Below, one piece after another: positions 54,595 to 64,000 of a DNA stretch of 64,000 nt. The DNA is from Octopus sinensis (lineage: Eukaryota). The translations under genes and the position numbers were made by a program. The DNA is taken from contig NC_042999.1 in NCBI RefSeq assembly GCF_006345805.1, forward strand, positions 84,630,001 through 84,694,000. Reading direction: 5' to 3'. Numbering within the stretch: the first letter of the stretch is position 1; each line of letters starts with the position of its first letter. The notes beneath the pieces are model-generated. The model was not told where the DNA came from. It saw nothing but the letters and a program-made list of their open reading frames with translations, and ran no database searches.

Positions 54595-54742
54595 CATGAC
54601 AGGCTTCTTTCAGTTTTTGTCTACCAAATCCACTCACAAGGCATTGGTCCTCCCAAGGCTACAGTAGAAGATACCCAAGATGTCACATAGGGAGATGGAA
54701 CCCGAAGCGCTGTGGTTGTTAATCAAACTCCTTACCACACAG
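54595..54742 (-). mobile_element. SINE family A 5' half
   Basis: ggcttctttcagttttt...ccaaatccactcacaagg...accacacag. Confidence 0.75.
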
Positions 54743-57624
54743 TACACTTCTTTTTTTATGGTGAATATTCATCATGAGTAGTGAAAACGCATTACTTCTT
54801 CGTTAAAAGAGAACAACGTCAAGTTAGTGAAATATGACCTTATGTTCAAATTCCAAACATGACCTTCCTAAAATAAAACTCTAACGACCTGCTAAATTTA
54901 ACGGATTACAAAGACTTGAGAAGGAGAACTATTGATTTTTAACATGAGCAAAACATGGATTTAAAAAATAATTTCAAACCATAAAACGATCGAAATGTGA
55001 GCTTACATTATATGACGAAGAGGAAATATTTACGTGTTCAAAAACAAAGATCAAACTATACGAAAAATATCAAAGTAGAAGAGCAACACATAGCTATAAA
55101 CTGCATCTAAAACATCCCTATTATATCCCTCATTATTGCACTAAATGACCATAAAATTCATATAAATTCTAACTTATTTATTCAGCAGATTTCGCATTTC
55201 AAAAGATGTAAACAACACTGCAGTGTTTATCAAAATATTCTGTAAGTCAAAAATCACGATAAATTATGATTTATTCACTTCTACAGGTCTTAATTATTAA
55301 GTCTCGTTTAGCCAGGGAAACTTTTGTAAGTTGTTTAATTCATGATATTTACATTCTACATACTTGATGGTTTGCCTATCGTGCACACTCATGGATATCA
55401 TTTCCTGCATGAAGTAGAGGAAATAATAAGTTAGAGGGAACTACAAGTATACTAAAAATACGTCTATTGAAATCAAGCCTAATACTAGTTTAACCAAATG
55501 TCATCGAGTCATTCGTCATATGATTTAGATAAAAGATGTTATTAGGGGCCGGTTTGATGATAGGGAAATCTCTGAAGTGTCAGATATTTTCAACGTCGTA
55601 GGGATCAAGTGTGATGACAATAGTGTTATAGAAGAAACAACAAAGATGATGGTCTCAACCGTCCAAACATCTTGAAATCAGAATGTGAATCAGAGCAAGA
55701 ATATTCAGTAAATTTCGCTTCAGAATAAAACATAACGATCATAATACGAAAGCCCAATGAACTCCCCAGGAAACTAAAGAATAAAAAGTAATACAAACAA
55801 GTCTGTGACTAAGCGTAGCCTAAAATAGCATCATGGTATCTTCCTGCGAAGCCACGTTCAAAATACCATGGCGTTATCTAAAGCATTCTTTTGTAATTTT
55901 GCCACTATCCTAAACATCAAGTACTGACCAATAACACACAGTAAATAGTCCTATTTAACTTCTAGGAAGATGAATATAATATGATACAAACCTCCATACA
56001 ATAACAATGTGAGCCCCTACTTAGAGACAATTATGAACGTAAGCACATTTCAGTTACCTGGAATAATGAGCATAATTGATGTACTCAGGATCTGCAGAAT
56101 GTCTCCGTACATTCACCAGATCTATTTCAACTAATATGCATTTCATTATTTGTAGAAGCTAATCCATCATTTGAGAAGTAGAGAATATTACTCGTTTCAT
56201 TTCGCAGGATAAAGGTTTAGTTAGACACGCTTACCTTTGCAATATATTGTAGCGGCTTCACACTCTTAGTAGGTTAGTAATCGGACGATTCAGCAATATG
56301 TGATTCATATGAGGTTGGCAGAATGACACAACATGAGATTAGGAAACAATTATCGACCAGAGGTTTAGGTTTAAACCAACAGCAATTGACTGGAAGTGTA
56401 TTTTATAGTTTAGATTTTAATGCTTAATCCATCGGCAACTTCTAGTTGATACCCGTACTCTGGGCAGGTTTATGTTCTTATCGATAAACGCACTAAGACG
56501 ATGGTAAACAAAAAGAGAAATCTAGAAAAATTCAGACTCGGAAACAAGAACGTTTAACTAGTTCTACTCGTCAGAGACACTAAATAAGCATTTCTGTGTG
56601 TTCAGCATTACCCTGTGGCTCACTGATATTTCGGTGTACATTCTCAATCTAGAGTGGGGCTTACAGCACTCGTAACTTTCACTAAGATCTGTGTTTTTAA
56701 TATATCCACGACATATTTATTTGTGTTGCTACAAACGTCCTTCTATCCATTCATGTATCTGTTGTTTTGTTAACGGTATGTCTTTTTCTGCACTGACAGG
56801 GCAGGTTATAAACGAAATAGGATTTTAAGCATTACAGGTTGTCGCTGTATTGTTGCCTGAATGGTCAACGCTTAAGATGATACTTCTTTTGTACTGCTGT
56901 TGTGCTCACTAGTATTTAGTATTTAATAGCACAACCAGTGGTATATCTAAAGGAGACTAAACCTTGTTTGATAAGAACACGAACATATCATTAAGCATCT
57001 CTCCATAGGATGACAAGGCAATATAAATCGAACTAGTTATTCCTTAAGCGTTAGTGTTTCTTTTGCTCTTTTCCCATTTTCTCTTTTTCTGCCATTTCCT
57101 CTGCCATAAATGCTGTTGCTAAATGTAGTACTACATTTTTCGACTGACCACGAAAACTGGTGCTTCGTTCATATTTCTGCCCCTTAGGTTACAGAAAATA
57201 TGATCTGTAATCTTGTTGTCTCTATGGGCATACATTTTCGCTCTCTGTTCAAACTATCATATAATATAGTCCACGTAAAGAAGGAGGGAATGTTTAGCTA
57301 TGGCGCCCACCGATTTCCTTTTTCACCTCTATGAAGACCAAATTAAAGTACCACAAAACGTCGTAGAAAGGTTCCAGAGTATATATATATATCAGCTTTT
57401 TACATTTACGAGGGATGATGATTAAATCAATGATCTGAACAAATATGAAATATTTCAATTAGGATTATAATAATATCGGCCACACCTCGAAATTAGAATG
57501 TGATACTGAAGCCTCGAAGGCAGCTTTGAAATCGAGATAAAACACTCTTGCTGTTTCAGTGTCGTCTACAATGTGGAGTCAAGTTTAATATAAAATCATG
57601 GTTATAATTTCTATGACAACCTTT

Positions 57625-57810
57625 TACTTGTTTCAGTAATTTGACTGCATCCATGCTGGGGTACCGCCATACTGAGTTTTAGTCGAACAAATCGATCACA
57701 GGACTAATTTTTACAGCCTACTACTTATTTTGTCGGTCTGCTTAGCCGAACCGATATGATGACGGGGACGTAAACACACAACTGCAGTGGCGAACCGGTG
57801 ATGAGGACAG
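57625..57810 (-). mobile_element. SINE family A 3' half
   Basis: tttacttgtttcagt...gactgcatccatgctgg...acggggacgtaaacac. Confidence 0.75.
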
Positions 57811-57893
57811 CACAAGCATATATATATATATATATATATATATGGCCCGGGCAAGGCTATATGGTAAATAGCTTGTAGTAAATAGTTTGTAGA

Positions 57894-58482
57894 CTGCTTT
57901 TGATCTTCCGTGAGCAAGCGAGGCACAAATTTTGCTGCAACTCTTTTCATTTGCAATTCATCGTTCAACATTCGTTGGTAGGAGCTCCAAGACACAACAG
58001 TCATGTCAACAAATTCGTCAATTGTCCGGCGGCAGTGCTCCAAGTTCAGTTCATGAATTTTCATGATGTTTTCATTCGTTCGTGAGGTCGACGGTCGTTC
58101 TGAATGAAAATGATCTTCAAACGACAAGTTACTATTCCTGAAGCATGAAGACCACTCATAAACTTCTGGTTTGCCCATGGCAGCGTCCTTGTAAGCTGTC
58201 TGAAGCATGACAGCTGTTTAGACCGACGTTTTCCTCTGCAGAAAACAGAATTTCACGGAATCTCACTGTTCTTTCGTTTCAGCTATCACAAAAATCGACC
58301 AACAGGTGAGAAGCACTGCAAAACAAAAACGCACCACGTACCAGTATGACCTGAACAGGCGATGCCGGTCGGCTGACGCATGCCTGAGGGTTGCAGCAAG
58401 TGGCTTCTATCGGCAAAAGCGTGAACTACAACCGGCTTACCCCTCTGAGAACGTTTTCGGTTACTTTCGGGTGCCATCTCAA
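57894..58482 (-). mobile_element. mariner 5' half (TIR, leader, HTH region)
   Basis: MLQTAYKDAAMGKPEVYEW...RPSTSRTNEN...MKRVAAKFVPRLLTEDQKQ; TIR-like gagatggcacccgaaagtaaccg. Confidence 0.9.
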
Positions 58483-58506
58483 ATATATATATATATATAT
58501 ATATAT

Positions 58507-58650
58507 ATACAAAATAAGAAAATGGAGAAATACATCCAAATCAAATATCAACTACCAGATAATACCCAATCACATACTTTATTAAACCCTACATAAGAAA
58601 CTTTAAGGTCAAACATAATAATATAGAACAAAACAGTGTACATAAAGGAG

Positions 58651-58726
<76 letters not shown>

Positions 58727-58748
58727 TTAGATAGTTAGATAGATAGAT

Positions 58749-58806
<58 letters not shown>

Positions 58807-58858
58807 TAGCATGTGTGTATAAACACTTACGTGCGCACACGTCCACACATGCTAATCT

Positions 58859-58910
<52 letters not shown>

Positions 58911-59332
58911 CAATATTAATAAATAAAATAAAACATATGCATATATAAACATATATGTACGTACCTACCTCTACATGTACATATATACGCATATATGAGT
59001 ACAGGACACCAAAAGGACGTCGAACACAATGAGAAACGAAAACATAGACACAAACCAAAGGAACTGGACATTTTTTAAAACAACAAAAAAAATAGAGTAC
59101 AGGATAATTAACACAAAGAAAAAAACCCTTCTTCAGTCGCTATGGTTTCATCTACTCTACGTTTCGAAGGATACTCCTTTATGTACACTCCTTTATGTAC
59201 AATGTTTTGTTCTATATTATTATGTTTGACCTTAAAGTTTCTTATGTAGTGGTTTAATAAAGTATGTGATTAGGTATTATCTGGTAGTTGATATTTGATT
59301 TGGATGTATTTCTCCATTTTCTTATTTTGTAT
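58507..59332. repeat. Inverted repeat, ~146-bp arms
   Basis: 58507-58652 versus 59172-59332; the right arm has a 14-bp tandem duplication (actcctttatgtac). Confidence 0.9.
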
Positions 59333-59504
59333 TATGAATTTTTGGTAAAGCATTTTACCTTTGCCCATATAATACAGTAAATGAATTAATTGCATCGCAA
59401 TTCTTAACATTTATGTATTAACTTTGTTGGGTACTTCACTAGCAGTATATTGGATATATGTTATCCCATGGAGGGTTGCATTTACAACCCCTATCTCAAT
59501 TTGT

Positions 59505-59541
<37 letters not shown>

Positions 59542-59691
59542 CTATATATATATATATATATTATATATATATATAATACATATATATTAATAGTAATTTT
59601 ATAACAACAAAAGAATAATGTGACCTCGATATTATTTAATAGAGGAATTTATCTATCTGTAATATAATATGTGACAGTTATTCGGTTGCCA

Positions 59692-59754
59692 TAATAAGAC
59701 TCCGAGTTTCGGATGTCGGAGCGTAAATCTGCTCTGACATCTCGTCAGTTATCA
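59692..59754 (-). ncRNA. Type I hammerhead ribozyme, second family
   Basis: UGAUAA-CUGACGA-GAUGUCAGAGC(AGAUUUAC)GCUCCGACAUCC-GAAA-CUCGGAGU-C-UUAUUA: intact core, GUC triplet. Confidence 0.85.
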
Positions 59755-60130
59755 AAGTATGTATGTGTTTTACGCTAGTGTGAGTGAGCATATGCATATA
59801 GGCACATGTACGTGGGTGTGCATGCGCGCATGTATATGTATGTACATGCATACGCGATTTCTATGAGCATTTCTACTTTTTTACTTTATTTTCTCCCTTC
59901 GGTTTTTTCCCTGTATTTAAAAGTCATTCTAATAGCTCATTTTTCTTAGTAACGGTCAATTACATAGTAATTTTTATTGCCCAGATAACTGACGAGATGC
60001 CGGACCAGAGTCTTATTATAGCAACCGAATAATTGTCACATATTATATTACAGATATGTATATATATATATATTTCGTTTTTAGATTTGGTTTGCAATAT
60101 TCTTTATATGAGTTCTTGTGTTGAAACATA

Positions 60131-60418
60131 TTCTGTTGTGTCTGGGGAGAGTCATTCTCTTTTAGTACCTTATTATTTAACACACTCACCGGTAAAATTT
60201 CCACTTATTTCGTCTTTTTATTTTCCTAAAATTTTCGTTGCGTCTTACCACCTTTTCAATAGTCTTGACTATTAAAGGGGTCAGACTATTGAAAAGGTTG
60301 CGAGACGCAACGAAAATTTTAGGAAAATAAAAAGACGAAATAAGTGGAAATTTTTACCGGTGAGTGTGTTAAATAATAAGGTACTAAAAGAGAATGACTC
60401 TCCCCAGACACAACAGAA
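60131..60418. repeat. Near-perfect palindrome, 135-bp arms, 17-nt spacer
   Basis: 60131-60265 versus 60283-60418; about 3 mismatches and 1 indel. Confidence 0.95.
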
Positions 60419-60429
60419 CATATATATAT

Positions 60430-60631
60430 ATATTAATAGTTATCGCCATACTAAAATGGCAGTCTATAAACAAAAGACTAAAGCTGTCGCTGATTAGCTC
60501 CAAGAGACCACCGCCTCTAGCTAGCTACATGACACACGAACCTGCGTCCATTACAACCTTCGAACAGGGGAGGTCAGCTTTAGTCTTATGTTTATAGACT
60601 GCCATATTAGTATGGCGATAACTATTAATAT
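60430..60631. repeat. Inverted repeat, 57-bp arms, 88-nt spacer
   Basis: 60430-60486 versus 60575-60631; 2 mismatches. Confidence 0.92.
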
Positions 60632-60703
60632 CCAGTAACGCTGCCGTAATCTCCTTTAGAGAGACTTAGTAATTTTAATATTTCTATTATATATATATAT
60701 ATA

Positions 60704-60795
60704 CGATGGGTTTCTTTCAGTTTCTACCAAATCGCTCACAAGGGATTGGTCATCTCGAGACTACAGTAGAAGACACTTTCCCAAGGTACCATGCA
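60704..60795 (-). mobile_element. SINE family A fragment
   Basis: acgatgggtttctttcagttt...cagtagaagacactttcccaagg. Confidence 0.7.
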
Positions 60796-63700
60796 ATAAT
60801 AAAAGTGAATATTAATGTTTAGATAATTTGCATAACAATATATATTGTTTGCAATGCTATCTGTAAGAAAATTAAATACCTAACAGGTCTTATTTATTCA
60901 TATCCTGGATCAAAATCAAAGAAAAAACGTTTTCATTAGTTGGATTAATATAAAATTGGTTAGATTTTAGAATCGAGAGAACACCACAGACTATAACTGT
61001 AATAGGTATGTTCATAGCAAAATAACTTCATCAACGAATTTGTAAATTTTAAACTTTTTTAGATGTGATTTCTGGGGTAAATATCATGTTTAAAGACACA
61101 AGGGAAGGAAATGAAGCAGATTTATCCAACCATTAAGAATGATAAGAAATTTCAACATATGCTACAGTCACTAATATTGACCTCAGACTTGATGTATCCT
61201 TACTTTATTAGCTCTGTGATTATGAAAATCATTTGTTATCTCCCATTCTCAAAATATCCAAAACATAAAGTGCTATAAAACAACAGAGCAAGGAATTTGG
61301 TCTTACACTTTATCCCTTCTGTTATTTTCTATAAATCTATGCAAAAAAATATATAACAAAATGTATGGGGAAACTAATACACTGTTGTTTCAGTTGTAGA
61401 GAGACTGGAGAAAAGCATTAGAAATTATTACCAAAGAAGCATATTGCAAAGAAGCCAATAAATTTTTGAACGCCAAGATGTGAGCCAATGTCAGAAAGGT
61501 TTGTGGAAAGTGAAATTCCGTAACGAAAATTCCAAGCACTGGAACATTTTTAAGATCCTGGCACAAGGCCAGATCTTTCCCAACAGAAACTGCCAAAAAT
61601 ATATGCTAAAGCAGAATATGTGGAAACTGAGGCAACAGTCAATCGATTGAAGTTACCTTTTCTTTTCTTTTTCTTTCTTTTTTTTCCTTTTGGCTTCCCA
61701 AACTAAATTTATTCAAATGTTGGAGGGTTTAGACGATAGGAAATAAGGAATACTCAAGAGAAAAGGTTATATAAACATAATTAATGGGACCAAAGCAAAG
61801 ACGACGTGGCTATACTCCTATCCAACTAAATCAAAAATATATGTAAATAGAACGAATATATTTTCAACTACGCTCAGGAAATTTGGAGTGTGTTGATAAC
61901 GAATCTATTGGAAAAAAGTACAATATATTTCTGATAAAAGAAAAGATTCACCAACATTGTTGATAGTCTATCATATCGAAGGCTTTAGATCTGCAATGAA
62001 ACCAGATCTGTTACCGATTTGTATGATTAAGAGTTACCACATGCAGTGAAGAATTACAATAAACACTGCAGTGAATCGGACATGCACGCTCGACCTAACA
62101 ACCAACGACAGTCACCAAATTATTTGCTATTGCCTTCGGTAGTTGTTAAGTATGTCCTTATTGCTTTGGTTTCCCTTTTTCGTGAGAGCAGCTCTGTTTT
62201 TTTGTTTGTTTGTATTTTTCAATTAACACAGTTACGAATGTCGCCTGTATCTTGTCAAATGAGAAAGGTGTCTTCCAACGAGAGATATCAATAAGAGTTA
62301 GAAGCATAGATTATCAAATCCAGAAAAATAGCCCCTAGTACACCTACTCAAAACCTACTGCGGTTCAGCTACAATTATAGGGGTTTCGGACCACTCCAAC
62401 TCTTTGCTTTAAAGCCTCATAAACCGATGAGTTGGGCAGTTAAAATCCACCGTGTGTGGACTCAGTGCTCTTAACCTCGAACGTTTAGAGAAAATGCTTC
62501 TCGAAAGCTATGTACATGCTTGGATTCGAGCGCTTGGTAGTACAATGAAAGAACGCTAAAGAAATATGTCTGCCGAAAACAAGAACAACATCAAGAGTAA
62601 CAGAAGCAAAATATTAAAAAAATCCTTCAAGCAAAAAAGAAAATGAGTGCAATCTGAGATTAAAAGCAGAATAAAATATTAACCATAGAAAATAAAGTAA
62701 ACACTATCACGAATACATGAAGAATATTATCCATCATACATAACATCACGAGTAAAAGAAAACCAACAAACCAAACTGGAGTTATACTTCTGTATCTAAA
62801 TTAAAGCTAAATCTGTAACCAACAGCCCGAAAAACTAATACTACAGATGAAATAAAATATAACCAAAAGGGAGTAAATTGATTTAATGTGTTTTTTTTTT
62901 TTTTGCTTTTTGTTTTTTGTTGGTTATTTTTTTTACATTTTATGATTTATGGTTTATATATATATATTTTTTAGCGAAATTATATTTTATAAGCTTGAAG
63001 TAATTTCAAAATTTTGTAACGCATTATATTCTCTTATTTTTCGTTTTTTGTTTCGTTTTTGATGCTTTTTAATTAAGACATTTTGGTTTGTTGTGCCACC
63101 TGTTTAGGATTTTCTTCGGCAAATGAGATTTCAGAATTGATAAAAGAATAATAAAAATACATTATTATTATTATTATTATTGTTGTTGGTGGTGTTATTG
63201 ATGTTGTTATCATGGTTATATTTTAAGAGCATACATGCATGCATAAGTCTTTTCGAGAAATATATAAGTAGACAAATATAAGCAGAGACGTATATAGAAT
63301 TAAACACATTTTCTTCATCAAACGGACAGACACGCACACACACACACACACAAATACACATATACACGCAGTCATAGAACACATACATACACACACACGA
63401 GCACTCAAGCTAACACATACCTATACATATGACTACTAAAACAAATATGTGTGTAGCTATATATATGATTATGTACATATATAATTATACATGCGCATAC
63501 ATATAAATACCTATACATGTATATATATATAATATATGTGTGTGCGTGTGGGTATGCATGTGCTTATGATTATGTGCATATATATATATATTTACACGTA
63601 TGCATATATGTGTGTGTGCATATATTTATACACACATGCATACATACACAAATATATATATATGTGTATATAAATATATATATATATATATATAGATAAG

Positions 63701-64000
63701 TTGATAGATTTATACTACATATATATATATGCATATATACGTGTAATTTAACAAAATATGTTAGTATGTATGTGCATATATGCGTGTAATTTAGCAAAAT
63801 AATTAATGTTTTAATCCGTGACGTCAGCAATGATAAGGAGGCGGATACTAATTAATGTAGCAGTTGCAATCCGTATTATTATTACAAGTGGAGAAACATA
63901 TATTACAAAAACGGTAATACGCTGCTTCATACATACAGAAATGAGACACGAAATAAGAGACGATGTTGAGTGGGATCGTGAGAGATAAATTAAAGAGACA

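Noticed and set aside
59120-59172. Minus-strand GAAACGUA...CUGAAGA (also about 54145-54195) as a type II hammerhead
   Set aside because: The sequence between the half-cores cannot form stem I. At best a 3' half motif.
61400-61620. Possible R4/Dong fragment (KGLWK...NENSKHW)
   Set aside because: Similarity too weak to call by eye.

Overview
AT-rich, microsatellite-saturated animal DNA. The SINE families and (TA)n/(TATG)n/(GATA)n load resemble Octopus; this is from recall, not a search. I can support no host protein-coding gene, rRNA, tRNA gene or CRISPR array, and most supplied ORFs are microsatellite translations. The window is mostly retroelement and transposon debris: a decayed near-full-length R4/Dong-type LINE (13.1-17.1 kb) plus other RLE-LINE pieces, a CR1-type 3' fragment, several Penelope-like (PLE) RT-thumb and GIY-YIG fragments, three mariner remnants, an internally deleted Tc1 with both TIRs, a hAT-like MITE and three tRNA-type SINE families (A, B and C are my labels). 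The main finding is at 48.85-50.96 kb: a near-identical ~480-bp tandem array in which each full unit carries a complete type I hammerhead ribozyme fold, ending in a fold-back inversion. It resembles a retrozyme/PLE-terminal-repeat system predicted to release ~480-nt monomers that could circularise. A second, unrelated full hammerhead lies at 59692-59754 (-) in a cluster of inverted duplications. All RNA folds and protein similarities were read by eye and are untested.
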